Virus record (IMG/VR): IMGVR_UViG_3300036846_000488
Coordinates: 17,257-81,256 of that record
Source of the DNA: a virus
Strand: one strand, 5' to 3'
Length of the DNA stretch: 64,000 nt
This document shows, one piece after another, positions 33,981 to 42,697 of the stretch. The notes under the pieces were generated by a model. That model saw only the letters and a program-made list of their open reading frames with translations, was not told the origin of the DNA and searched no databases. Each line of letters opens with the position of its first letter. The first letter of the stretch is position 1. Made by a program: the position numbers and the translations under genes.

Positions 33981-34481
33981 ATGAAGACCAACATCACGGA
34001 GATCTACCGGATCGAGACCATGAACTCGACCTACGAGATCAAAGTCGTGGAGAAGGACGGAAAGATCGCCTCGCTCTGCAAGAAGATGGGCCTGGACCAG
34101 GAGAAGCACCAGGTCAAGGCGAACGGCACCGAGTACCTAGACCGGCTCTTCATCGGAGCCTCGTTCAAGGTGCCCGGCGTGGTCACCACCTCTGTGGTGA
34201 CCGACTACAGCCACTTCGTCCTCTCCACGAAGCCGAAGGCCAGGGTCACCGGTCCCGATGAGCACCTGCTCACCCCGGTGGTCGAGGCCATCAAGGAGCA
34301 GCTCAACCCGACCGCTGTGATGCTCGACGACCGAGCGGCGGTCGAGATCTGCGGGATCGACGGCTGTCAGGTCGAGCGTGTCCCCGGTCTCCCTCGGCAC
34401 GAGGGGTTTCCGGGGTGCAAGTCCGGCAGCATCGCCTCCGGTGGGGCTCGTTCCCACTGCTCCTGCGACTACTGCTACTGA
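33981..34481 (+). CDS. Hypothetical protein with a C-terminal Cys/His domain
   Basis: Start MKTNITE; C...C...H...C.SG...HCSCDYCY. Confidence 0.75.
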   Translation: MKTNITEIYRIETMNSTYEIKVVEKDGKIASLCKKMGLDQEKHQVKANGTEYLDRLFIGASFKVPGVVTTSVVTDYSHFVLSTKPKARVTGPDEHLLTPVVEAIKEQLNPTAVMLDDRAAVEICGIDGCQVERVPGLPRHEGFPGCKSGSIASGGARSHCSCDYCY

Positions 34482-34588
34482 GGCATCAGCGTGATCACCA
34501 CCACGGGGGTGGTGATCTGCGCCGGTTCCTCAGAACCGGCCTCCAGTCCAGATGGCTGGAGGCAGCATCCAGAAGGGAAGTGAAAGAG

Positions 34589-34738
34589 ATGGTTCTCGCC
34601 ATCGTTTCTTGGATCACCGGTCTCACCGAGGTCGCCATCGCGGCGCTCCTCGGTCTCAAGGAGATCGCCATCGCCGCACTAGGTCTTGCCGTCGTCATGC
34701 AGCAGCTGGCGGCGCTGTGGGACGGTGAACTGGCGTAA
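34589..34738 (+). CDS. Hydrophobic peptide (49 aa) with an internal repeat
   Basis: MVLAIVSWITGLTEVAIAALLGLKEIAIAALGLAVVMQQLAALWDGELA; purine-rich RBS region. Confidence 0.6.
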   Translation: MVLAIVSWITGLTEVAIAALLGLKEIAIAALGLAVVMQQLAALWDGELA

Positions 34739-34761
34739 CGAACGCTTGACCAGCACCACCC

Positions 34762-34798
34762 GGCCCCACAGCAACCGTGCTGTGGGGCTTTCGTGTTT
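34762..34798 (+). terminator. Intrinsic terminator
   Basis: GGCCCCACAGCA/TGCTGTGGGGCT-TT. Confidence 0.75.
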
Positions 34799-34819
34799 CA
34801 CCACAGAAAAGGAACCATC

Positions 34820-35317
34820 ATGTCCCACCTCAACACCCTCGACCAGCTCGACTTCACCCCGGAGCCGGTCGTCGTCAAGCCCACACACCGCAAGGCGCTG
34901 ATCGCAGTGGTCATCGCCTCGGTGCTGGTGCTGCTCGGCTGCGCCGGCTACGCCGTCCACGAGCACCAGAGCCTGGGTACCTCCCGGGCGCACGCTGCCT
35001 CGCTCAGCCACCAGCTGAAGGGCACCCAGGCCGACCTCAAGGACTCCAAGTCCGCGGTCAGCAGCCTCCGCACCGAGAACGGCACGCTCAAGGCCACCGC
35101 CGAGAAGTGCTCGGTGTACGTGCCGATCGGCAACCACATGGTGAACGCCCTGCGCTACGAGCTGAAGGCCGTCCAGGGCGGCACCTTCGGGGCCATCATC
35201 TGGCTGCCCAAGGCCAGCACCGAAATGCACGCGGTCAGCCGTCTGCTCGACTCTCACCAGTCCTACGACGGTGAGCTGAACGACGTGTGTGGCCCGTCCA
35301 GCACCACCAACTCCTGA
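34820..35317 (+). CDS. Membrane-anchored coiled-coil protein
   Basis: TM ALIAVVIASVLVLLGCAGYAV followed by heptads. Confidence 0.75.
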   Translation: MSHLNTLDQLDFTPEPVVVKPTHRKALIAVVIASVLVLLGCAGYAVHEHQSLGTSRAHAASLSHQLKGTQADLKDSKSAVSSLRTENGTLKATAEKCSVYVPIGNHMVNALRYELKAVQGGTFGAIIWLPKASTEMHAVSRLLDSHQSYDGELNDVCGPSSTTNS

Positions 35318-35343
35318 ACCATCCAGACCCTGAAGGGGGAGCA

Positions 35344-35463
35344 ATGAGCAAGAAGCACAAGAAGATCAAGCGCAAGGCCAAGAAGGCGGCGCGCTGGACC
35401 TGGAAGAACGGTGGCAAGGAGGCGACCATCATCGCCATCCGGAAGACACTGGTGCGCGCATGA
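35344..35463 (+). CDS. Highly basic peptide (39 aa)
   Basis: Manual: MSKKHKKIKRKAKKAARWTWKNGGKEATIIAIRKTLVRA; GGGGAG RBS, ATGA overlap. Confidence 0.65.
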   Translation: MSKKHKKIKRKAKKAARWTWKNGGKEATIIAIRKTLVRA

Positions 35464-35885
35464 ACAACGTCACCACCCTGTTCCCGGATCTCGTCTTCGA
35501 GATCCTCCGCTACGACGCGGACCAGCGGGTCCCGCACGACACCTACCGGTTCTTCTACCTGGAGCCGCACGCGGTGGACACCACCCGGTCCAACTACAAG
35601 CCCTTCGCGAAGGGGAAGCACCCGTTCGTCGAGGGCTACGAGCCCGGTCCGAACTACTGCGAGTCCGAGCGGCACCAGGTCTCTGAGGCGTACGCGCGGC
35701 TGATGCGCTACGGCCTGGAGAAGGACGGCTACGTGCCGATGTCGTACGAGTCGGTGCCGACAGAGCTGGCCCACTTCGCGGCACACAGCCAGGCCCCGAT
35801 CGAGTTCCACAAGGGTCTGGACTCCTACAACCCCAAGGTCACTCGACGGGTCGTGGTCTGGGTCCGTGGGGAGCTGCCGGCATGA
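35460..35885 (+). CDS. Hypothetical protein
   Basis: 141 aa, coupled, phage codon usage. Confidence 0.7.
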   Translation: MNNVTTLFPDLVFEILRYDADQRVPHDTYRFFYLEPHAVDTTRSNYKPFAKGKHPFVEGYEPGPNYCESERHQVSEAYARLMRYGLEKDGYVPMSYESVPTELAHFAAHSQAPIEFHKGLDSYNPKVTRRVVVWVRGELPA

Positions 35886-36109
35886 AGAAGTGGCTGCTTC
35901 TGGGCATCGGGTTCTACGCAGTGATGATCCCGCTGGCCGGCTTGCTCTGGCCCCGGACACTGGTCCAGCTGGTTCGGGGTGAGGAGTTCGACCAGGATGC
36001 TCTCGACTTCTGGGAGTCCATCGAGCCTCGTCCGGACCTGGACGAGCCCACCAGGCGGGCTCGCTTCCTGAAGCGCGTCCGGTCACTGAGGAAAGAGGAG
36101 TCGGCATGA
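35882..36109 (+). CDS. Membrane protein
   Basis: N-terminal TM. Confidence 0.65.
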   Translation: MKKWLLLGIGFYAVMIPLAGLLWPRTLVQLVRGEEFDQDALDFWESIEPRPDLDEPTRRARFLKRVRSLRKEESA

Positions 36110-36369
36110 CCACCTCGTTGGACGAGCCGAGGCACCTGGAACGTCCGAGACCCGGCTGGACCCAGCTCGGGATCATGCTCGGCGTAGTGCTGATCGGGAT
36201 CATCGCAGTGGTGACTCTGGTGAGCATGATGGTCGAGGTCCACAACGACCAGTACGACCCGAGCACGGCCCCGAAGTCTGGTACCTGTGACTGGACGATC
36301 CACTCGTACCGAACCGGGGACGCGGAGATCAAGCAGAGACTGGAGCAGCAGTACCAGGACTGCCGGTAG
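36106..36369 (+). CDS. Membrane protein
   Basis: One TM, two Cys in the C-terminal part. Confidence 0.68.
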   Translation: MTTSLDEPRHLERPRPGWTQLGIMLGVVLIGIIAVVTLVSMMVEVHNDQYDPSTAPKSGTCDWTIHSYRTGDAEIKQRLEQQYQDCR

Positions 36370-36374
36370 ACCAG

Positions 36375-36515
36375 TGAGCGGTGGGCGGCCCCACTCCCCC
36401 TAGGGCCGCATGGGCCCACCGTTCACGTTCGTTATGACAGGGGGTCATAGCCCGTCGTTCACGACACCTCCGGGGGGTGGAGTCGTGGGCGGTGGAGGGT
36501 GACCCCACTTCACCC
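36375..36515 (+). ncRNA. Structured intergenic element (four hairpins)
   Basis: GTGAGCGGTGGGC/GCCCACCGTTCAC, TATGAC/GTCATA, CACGAC/GTCGTG, GGTGGAG/CTTCACC. Confidence 0.45.
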
Positions 36516-36536
36516 CCAACCAGGGAAAGAGGAACC

Positions 36537-36797
36537 ATGATCGACAGCTACAAGGTCTTCACCGTGTTCTGCGACGGCCAGTCCCAGGATCACGATCACG
36601 ACGAGGTAGGCGCGGCGGCCAAGGAGTACGCCCTCAAGGTGGCCGAAGCCGTCGCTCCGGAGACGGGAGAGTCCGGGCACCCCGACGTACGCCACGTCAG
36701 GCGCGTGGAGTTCCTGGCGTTCGACGAGAAGGGCGAGCGGGTGCAGTACACCAGCCAGGGACCGTTCCCGTGCGCGGACACCACGGGGAACGCATGA
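36537..36797 (+). CDS. Hypothetical protein
   Basis: Start MIDSYK with GAGGA RBS. Confidence 0.68.
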   Translation: MIDSYKVFTVFCDGQSQDHDHDEVGAAAKEYALKVAEAVAPETGESGHPDVRHVRRVEFLAFDEKGERVQYTSQGPFPCADTTGNA

Positions 36798-37045
36798 CCA
36801 AGGTCTACATACAGCCGCTCCCGGAACTGCCCGAGCCACCGATGTCCGTCTCGCATCTGGAGCTTCTGGCAGAGCTGCCTCAGGCGACCCTGCTCCGGAT
36901 CACCCGCGGCGGGTCCGGGCTCCTCCTGGAGATATCCGGGCAGCAACTCATCTGCCTAGCCGACGACGAGTCGGCGCTGTGGATCATCAAGACCCTGAAC
37001 TATCTCGGGATACCGGTCGCAGCCTCGCTGAACACTGCGTCCTAG
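36794..37045 (+). CDS. Hypothetical protein
   Basis: Start MTKVYIQP, ATGA coupled. Confidence 0.6.
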   Translation: MTKVYIQPLPELPEPPMSVSHLELLAELPQATLLRITRGGSGLLLEISGQQLICLADDESALWIIKTLNYLGIPVAASLNTAS

Positions 37046-37127
37046 CGTCAGACACAGAACAGGACCCCTGGGGGAACGGAAGAAAGCCCAAGGGTCCTGC
37101 TCAACCAATCGAAAGGAACACCTCAGT

Positions 37128-37235
37128 ATGGCAGATTCACTGCTCCGGCTGCTGGCCGGAGTCATCAGGCTCCTGGAACTGGTTCACAACGTGATCACCA
37201 CCAGGCGACAGGAGGACCTGCTGTTCGCTGCCTGA
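37128..37235 (+). CDS. Amphipathic peptide (35 aa) flanked by hairpins
   Basis: Manual: MADSLLRLLAGVIRLLELVHNVITTRRQEDLLFAA; GAAAGGA RBS. Confidence 0.6.
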   Translation: MADSLLRLLAGVIRLLELVHNVITTRRQEDLLFAA

Positions 37236-37305
37236 ACGCAGTGGCAGCCCCTCCTGACCACTGCGCTGGAGGGGCTGCCTCAGGCAGCCCGGTCCAACCA
37301 CAAAC

Positions 37306-37346
37306 AGGGGGAGCACCTTCATCGGGGATGGGGTGCTCCTCCTTTC
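37306..37346 (+). terminator. Intrinsic terminator
   Basis: AGGGGGAGCACCTTCATC/GATGGGGTGCTCCTCCT-TT. Confidence 0.7.
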
Positions 37347-37365
37347 TGGCCCAGAAAGGAAGTAG

Positions 37366-37638
37366 ATGGGCTTCGAGAACGAGATCATCGACGGGAACGA
37401 GTTCCTGCTGAAGACGACCCAACCGCCCAAACGAGCGGAGCCGATATCGCATCAGTGCGTCTGTCTGCTGGTGCGTCCGACCGAGGTCGAAGGAGTGATG
37501 ATCAGGGACAAGTGCTCCCAGGAGGTCAGCAGTCCAGACCAGGCGTTCTGCGACGACTGCGAGAGCAACGAGCACCACCTCCTGCCCACCCAGCAGGGCG
37601 AGGCTCGACACATCCACCGCAACAACAAGGAGTTCTGA
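37366..37638 (+). CDS. Cys-containing hypothetical protein
   Basis: C.C...C...FC..CE..H; GAAAGGA RBS. Confidence 0.68.
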   Translation: MGFENEIIDGNEFLLKTTQPPKRAEPISHQCVCLLVRPTEVEGVMIRDKCSQEVSSPDQAFCDDCESNEHHLLPTQQGEARHIHRNNKEF

Positions 37639-37913
37639 TGAGCGAACCGATCATCACCAAGTTCTGGATCGAGGAGACCGAGTTCTCCGATGTAGACAAC
37701 GGCTGGGCCAAGTACAGCGATGGCACCGAGCAGTTCGAAATCGACGTGATGAAGGACCCCGAAGTGATCAACGAGGTCCAGCGGCTGTTCCTGAACGCCA
37801 AGCTCTCCGAGCTGACGATCGGTCTGACCAGCGAGCAGCTGCGCTTCCTCTACATCGGTCTGTTCGACGAGATCATCGGCACCAACTGGGTAGAGCTGGA
37901 GACGGGAGCATGA
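37638..37913 (+). CDS. Acidic hypothetical protein
   Basis: Start MSEPII, AAGGAG RBS. Confidence 0.68.
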   Translation: MSEPIITKFWIEETEFSDVDNGWAKYSDGTEQFEIDVMKDPEVINEVQRLFLNAKLSELTIGLTSEQLRFLYIGLFDEIIGTNWVELETGA

Positions 37914-38101
37914 GCACCCTCAGCTGGATGGAGATCCTGCTCTTCGTCTCCGTCATTGTCGGTACCGGCTTCTACTATCTTGGCCATGCCATGGGTAGAG
38001 AGCAGCAGAAGCACGATCACGAGGCCCGTCTGGCCTCGATGCGCAACCACCCGTCCTACGCCCTGCGCATCCAGCAGTGGCAACAGGACAAGAGCGACTG
38101 A
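37910..38101 (+). CDS. Membrane protein
   Basis: N-terminal TM. Confidence 0.65.
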   Translation: MSTLSWMEILLFVSVIVGTGFYYLGHAMGREQQKHDHEARLASMRNHPSYALRIQQWQQDKSD

Positions 38102-38138
38102 GCAGACGCTCAGTTGCACCGCCAAGAAAGGTTCGACT

Positions 38139-38387
38139 ATGCCAACCACCCGCGACAAGCGAGTACAGGACACCGCCAGCCTCCACGAGAGCGCCGTTCA
38201 GGCGATCGCGAAGGGCGAGGTGGGACCTATCCCCAAGAAGGTCCGGAAGAAGGCTGAGAGACGCAACCAGGCCGTCCACACACACGTTGTGGTCGACCCG
38301 CAGGTGATGCAGGCGGCCAAGGAGCTGCTGCTCGGCTCCTACACCCGGATCGAGATCATCGACGCTGACACAGTGATCGTGCGATGA
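38139..38387 (+). CDS. Basic hypothetical protein
   Basis: Start MPTTRD with AGAAAGG RBS. Confidence 0.65.
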   Translation: MPTTRDKRVQDTASLHESAVQAIAKGEVGPIPKKVRKKAERRNQAVHTHVVVDPQVMQAAKELLLGSYTRIEIIDADTVIVR

Positions 38388-39631
38388 GTCAGACACCAGA
38401 CGACGAGGAGGAGAAGGACATAGGTGCCGTGACTCGCAAGGCTTGGTTCGCCGGCCATCTCGATGCCGCTGACTCCGAAGGCGGCTTTGGTTCTGGGTTC
38501 CGCGGCGTACCTGGTGTACGTCATGGCGGATCCAAGACCGTCACTCGCGACCAGATCAGCGGGTCCATGGATCTGTGCTGGTGTGGTCAGCCGTTCGATC
38601 ACGACTGGGCCGGCAAGTCCGACGGTCGTTCACATCCCCGTGTCGAAGACCCATACAAGGGAGCTGAAGTGTCCCCAACAACGCAACCCGCACCGACCGA
38701 AGAGCAGCCCCGCATCGAGAGACGCGCCTTGCGCGCCTACAACGCGGATCTGGCCGACATGGTTCTGACAGCGGTCAACGAGTACCACGTCAAGTACCGG
38801 ATCACCGCACACAGCGTGATCCTGTTCCCGCCTGACGGAACCCAGCCGTACGCCGTCAACGCCCGCAACGGTGACCGTCAGGTCAAGGCAGCGCGGGCTT
38901 GGTTCGTCCGGCACTGCATCCCCGAGGACCTGTCTATCAAGCAGGCCGCGAAGCCAGCCCCCTCTACCAAGCCCGTCGACACCGACGCGATCAGGGAGCT
39001 GGCCGAGACGATCGACTCCGAGGAGCACCTGCCCAAGCTGGAGGAGCCAGCGAAGGCGGAGAAGCCAGAGAAACCGGTGAAGCCAGCAATGGCAGCGGAG
39101 AAGGCAGCACCGGCTCCCGCGCAACCGGAGCCGGCGACCCCTCAGCCGGATTCAAAGGGATGGGTGCCGTACCTGCTGGACCAGGGCAAGCCGCACCAGA
39201 AGACGCACCCGTTCTACCTGTTCAACACCAAGACCGGTCAGGTCAAGTGCACCATCGACGGTGAGATCCTGGCCGGGACGCGGAGCACCGGTGGGCACAC
39301 CCGGACCCATCACACCGACACCACCACGCTGTGGGGCGCGAAGGCCAAGGAGAAGGGCATCCAGACCTACTTCACCAACAAGGCCCGTGGCCAGGTGGAG
39401 GAGGCGATCGGTCTGCTCCACACTGCGATGGGTATCCAGCCCAAAGGTGATGACGCCGAGCTGATCGCGGAGCGCGACAAGCTCGCCTCGGAGAAGACCG
39501 TTCTCCAGACCGAGAGCAAGCAACTGAAGGATGCGAACAAGCAGCTCACCGACGAGCTCGCTGCGCTGAAGACCAAGTTCGCAGACATGGAGGCCAAGGT
39601 CGCTCTAGCCAGAGAGGCGTTCGGTCTCTAG
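38384..39631 (+). CDS. Multidomain hypothetical protein (zinc-finger-like motif, C-terminal coiled coil); start uncertain, internal GTG at 38670
   Basis: CWCG...H...HP, P/A/K linker, C..D...H...HH, long heptad tail. Confidence 0.72.
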   Translation: MSQTPDDEEEKDIGAVTRKAWFAGHLDAADSEGGFGSGFRGVPGVRHGGSKTVTRDQISGSMDLCWCGQPFDHDWAGKSDGRSHPRVEDPYKGAEVSPTTQPAPTEEQPRIERRALRAYNADLADMVLTAVNEYHVKYRITAHSVILFPPDGTQPYAVNARNGDRQVKAARAWFVRHCIPEDLSIKQAAKPAPSTKPVDTDAIRELAETIDSEEHLPKLEEPAKAEKPEKPVKPAMAAEKAAPAPAQPEPATPQPDSKGWVPYLLDQGKPHQKTHPFYLFNTKTGQVKCTIDGEILAGTRSTGGHTRTHHTDTTTLWGAKAKEKGIQTYFTNKARGQVEEAIGLLHTAMGIQPKGDDAELIAERDKLASEKTVLQTESKQLKDANKQLTDELAALKTKFADMEAKVALAREAFGL

Positions 39632-39639
39632 ACCATCAA

Positions 39640-39673
39640 GGGAGGCCCCACATCATCAGGTGTGGGGCCTTTC
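39640..39673 (+). terminator. Intrinsic terminator
   Basis: AGGCCCCACATC/GGTGTGGGGCCT-TT. Confidence 0.75.
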
Positions 39674-39698
39674 GCATATCCACATGAAGGGAAGACGC

Positions 39699-39965
39699 AT
39701 GAACGAGTTCGAGGAGAATGAAGGAAACGAGGAGGAGTACGGGCTCATCACCGAGTTCAACGACTCCGACTTCCCGGAAGGAACACCGGACCACTACCAC
39801 GGTTGCGACTTCTGCGCCGGAGCCACCTGGGGTGAGTTCGTCCTGCACACCGACGACTGCCCGGGAGTCCAGACCCACATTGAGATCGACGCCATGGTGA
39901 AGGGCATCGACCCCTCCGAGGTCATGACTGACAAGGACCCAGATTGGAAGGACACCGATGTCTGA
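39699..39965 (+). CDS. Acidic Cys/His protein
   Basis: CDFC...H..DC. Confidence 0.68.
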   Translation: MNEFEENEGNEEEYGLITEFNDSDFPEGTPDHYHGCDFCAGATWGEFVLHTDDCPGVQTHIEIDAMVKGIDPSEVMTDKDPDWKDTDV

Positions 39966-40242
39966 GAACCCGCACACCCAGCCCTGGAAGATCGACTGTC
40001 CGTTCTGCTACGCCAAGGCCGGCTACAAGTGCCGGTCCGGCGTCGGTAAGACCGGGTGGGGCATCGCGAACCGCGATGTGAGCTACTACCACAGGGGTCG
40101 AATCACTGCTCAGTGGTCTGCGCAGCTGGCCTGGGACGCCGGCTATGCCGCCGGCTACCTGGAGGGCACCAACGACCTCGGTGCGCTGGTCGTGAAGACC
40201 GTCACCGAGGTCACCACACCTCCGCTGCAGGAAGTGAGCTGA
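39958..40242 (+). CDS. Zinc-finger protein
   Basis: CP.C.A..G..C...H..R. Confidence 0.7.
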   Translation: MSENPHTQPWKIDCPFCYAKAGYKCRSGVGKTGWGIANRDVSYYHRGRITAQWSAQLAWDAGYAAGYLEGTNDLGALVVKTVTEVTTPPLQEVS

Positions 40243-40538
40243 TGGGGATCACGATCATCGAGCAGCAGACCATGCACGCCATCCAGCAGATTCCGCAGCA
40301 GCTGAAGCGAATCGCAGACGCGCTGGAGAAGCAGAAGCCACAGGTCGATCCCAACTCGCTGGGCGCGTACGCGATCTGGAAGGACGAGGTAGCCCGGAGT
40401 GGCTGTCTGGTCGGGTTCGCCGACTGGCAGGCCTGGCACGACCAGCCCACCCCAGAGCAGGTGGGGGAGGCGATCCAGGCGGTCAAGCGTGGCTTCGACG
40501 AGATCGAAGAGCAGGTGAGAGGGGATGCTGCAGAGTAA
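40242..40538 (+). CDS. Hypothetical protein
   Basis: Start MGITII; LKRIADALE. Confidence 0.66.
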   Translation: MGITIIEQQTMHAIQQIPQQLKRIADALEKQKPQVDPNSLGAYAIWKDEVARSGCLVGFADWQAWHDQPTPEQVGEAIQAVKRGFDEIEEQVRGDAAE

Positions 40539-40776
40539 CGGTGCTCCCCACCTGACCTTCATCGACGAGTCGTCCCAGCTCAGCTTCGTCTGGGATGGCA
40601 AGTCCCCGGTGATCGAGGTCACCGGCGGTGCAGAGCCCGACACCATCCCGATCCACGGTCGGGTCGGCATCAACAACGCGACGATCCAGCGCTGGATGGA
40701 CTGGTTCGAGCTGGTCTGTCGCAACTACATCCGGATCAAGATCGGAGAGAACGGAGATAAGAATGACCTGGAGTGA
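40525..40776 (+). CDS. Hypothetical protein
   Basis: 83 aa, GAGGGG RBS. Confidence 0.62.
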   Translation: MLQSNGAPHLTFIDESSQLSFVWDGKSPVIEVTGGAEPDTIPIHGRVGINNATIQRWMDWFELVCRNYIRIKIGENGDKNDLE

Positions 40777-41122
40777 CTTCCTGAAGTACAGCAAGTACGT
40801 CGCCGTGTTCTACGCGGCGGCGTTTCTCGTCGGGATCGTCGGGATCTGGGCGCAGCCCCACTCACAGTGGATCTGGACCGCAGTGATGTTCTTCGGTGCG
40901 GCCATGGCCGGGAACGTGGCGCTGGCTTGCTACCACTACAACCACAAGGGCTCGATGCTGCTGGCCAAGAACGACTATCTGGCCGCGCAGGACGAAGCCC
41001 AGGTGATCACCGGGACGACCAGCAAGAGCATGGAGCTCCGGCAGGCCGGTCTGCGCGCGGACATGGAGGAGTTCATGACCGACAAGATCAAGGAAGAGAT
41101 GCGGAATCGGGGCTACCGGTGA
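40763..41122 (+). CDS. Two-TM membrane protein
   Basis: Start MTWSDF; two hydrophobic helices. Confidence 0.68.
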   Translation: MTWSDFLKYSKYVAVFYAAAFLVGIVGIWAQPHSQWIWTAVMFFGAAMAGNVALACYHYNHKGSMLLAKNDYLAAQDEAQVITGTTSKSMELRQAGLRADMEEFMTDKIKEEMRNRGYR

Positions 41123-41442
41123 AGCGGCTCCTGTACCTGTCCATCGGGTTGACCGTGATCTCCTGGATCGCGTTCATGGTCAGCTTCTGGCTGCCCCATC
41201 CCGTAGGCGCAGCCCTGCAGGCCACCGCGCTCAGCCTGGGGATCCCGGGCGTGGCCGCGGTGTGTTTCCTCGGTGTCTGCTGGGACGAGATCGAGACCTA
41301 CCTGCACCGGTCCAAGACCCGCACCCTGCGCTGCACCGACTGTGGGTCGAAGATCCTCAACCCCGCCGGCACCACCATCGGTGACCAACTGGAGGGCGAA
41401 CTGATGTTGGAGAACCCGCGCGACAAGGGGAGATGGCCATGA
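41119..41442 (+). CDS. Two-TM membrane protein with CxxC
   Basis: GTG start MKRLLYL; CTDC. Confidence 0.66.
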   Translation: MKRLLYLSIGLTVISWIAFMVSFWLPHPVGAALQATALSLGIPGVAAVCFLGVCWDEIETYLHRSKTRTLRCTDCGSKILNPAGTTIGDQLEGELMLENPRDKGRWP

Positions 41443-42170
41443 TCGGTGATCCCGATGTCGTCCCGCTCACCCTGCGTCGGAAGGAGTACATCCTGAAGAT
41501 GCTGGCCTGGGAACGGAATAACGGTGAGAACTGGATCCGGATCTCAGAGCAGGAGCTCACCGACTTCGGCGGTCGGGCCTTCTTCAGTGGCTGCGAGGTG
41601 CTCTACATCAACGAGAACATCTTCACCACCTCGCACAGGCGGGGCTGGGACCGAGAGGGCGAGAAGGTCCGGCTCCAGTACCGGATCCTGGTTCCCGGCG
41701 GCGAGCCCTGGACCCCAGCCGGCTCTCAGTACTACCTGTCCACCAACACCACCACCGCAACCAACACCACCATCACGCTCAACACCACCTATGAAGGGAA
41801 GACACCCGTGGAGCACCACATCGACCGCGAGAAGCTGATCGAGGTCGTCACCGATAACAAGGAGGCCTACGAGCTCATCCGAGACGAGGCCCACATCCTC
41901 TACCGCACCCAGATGGAGCGCCTGACCGAGCGTCACCTGGCCGGCGAGATCTCCACCGCCTCCCTGGTCGTCAAGGACAAGGACGGCAACCGGATCGACC
42001 TGGCCGCCGACCAGAGCGAGCTGCACGACCGCAAGCTCCGGGCCCTGGAGCTGGACTCCCGAGAGGTGGTCATCCTCGACCACGGCGAGTACCTGGTCTG
42101 GGTCGAGGACGCCGACACCAACCTCCAGGCCAGCGCCACCATCCTGAAGCGGCTGGAGGAGCTGTCATGA
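41433..42170 (+). CDS. Two-domain hypothetical protein; internal RBS+GTG at 41808
   Basis: Thr-rich linker; C-half is paralogous to 42690-43046. Confidence 0.68.
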   Translation: MAMIGDPDVVPLTLRRKEYILKMLAWERNNGENWIRISEQELTDFGGRAFFSGCEVLYINENIFTTSHRRGWDREGEKVRLQYRILVPGGEPWTPAGSQYYLSTNTTTATNTTITLNTTYEGKTPVEHHIDREKLIEVVTDNKEAYELIRDEAHILYRTQMERLTERHLAGEISTASLVVKDKDGNRIDLAADQSELHDRKLRALELDSREVVILDHGEYLVWVEDADTNLQASATILKRLEELS

Positions 42171-42697
42171 CCAAGCTCGCGCACATCACCAGCCGACCGC
42201 AGTACGAGCTCGGTGACCGAGTTCTCGGGCTCTGCGGCAAGGAGTTCAAGGTCAAGGTCCTCTGGAAGGACCTGCCCATCGACAAGCCGATCTGCCGGTT
42301 CTGCGTGGACGCTGCCATGAAGGCGCTCACCGAGGCCGACGTGGTGATCGGGGAGATGCGTCGGTCGGCGCGTCGGCTCTCGGTCCTCTCCATGGTCCTC
42401 TCGGAGATCGCGGATAAGGAGATCGACCTCGACACGATCGCGAAGCAGGACGCCTACTTCAAGAAGGAGCAGGAGGAGCTGCTGGTCCTGAAGGCTGCTG
42501 AGGATCGTCTGAAGACCATGTGCACCTGCACCTGGACCTCTCCGGAGATGTTCACCGAGGACCCGGACTGCCCGATCCACGGCGGGGAGGACCAGCCGAT
42601 CCGGGAAATCGAGGATGTTCCGCTGCCCACGGCGTCTGACTTCTCCGGAGTCCAGGGCGTGCAGGAATCCGACATCCAGGAGCCCACCGATGGATGA
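42167..42697 (+). CDS. Hypothetical protein with Cys motifs
   Basis: H...LCG...P.C..C; CTC...CP.HG. Confidence 0.7.
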   Translation: MTKLAHITSRPQYELGDRVLGLCGKEFKVKVLWKDLPIDKPICRFCVDAAMKALTEADVVIGEMRRSARRLSVLSMVLSEIADKEIDLDTIAKQDAYFKKEQEELLVLKAAEDRLKTMCTCTWTSPEMFTEDPDCPIHGGEDQPIREIEDVPLPTASDFSGVQGVQESDIQEPTDG

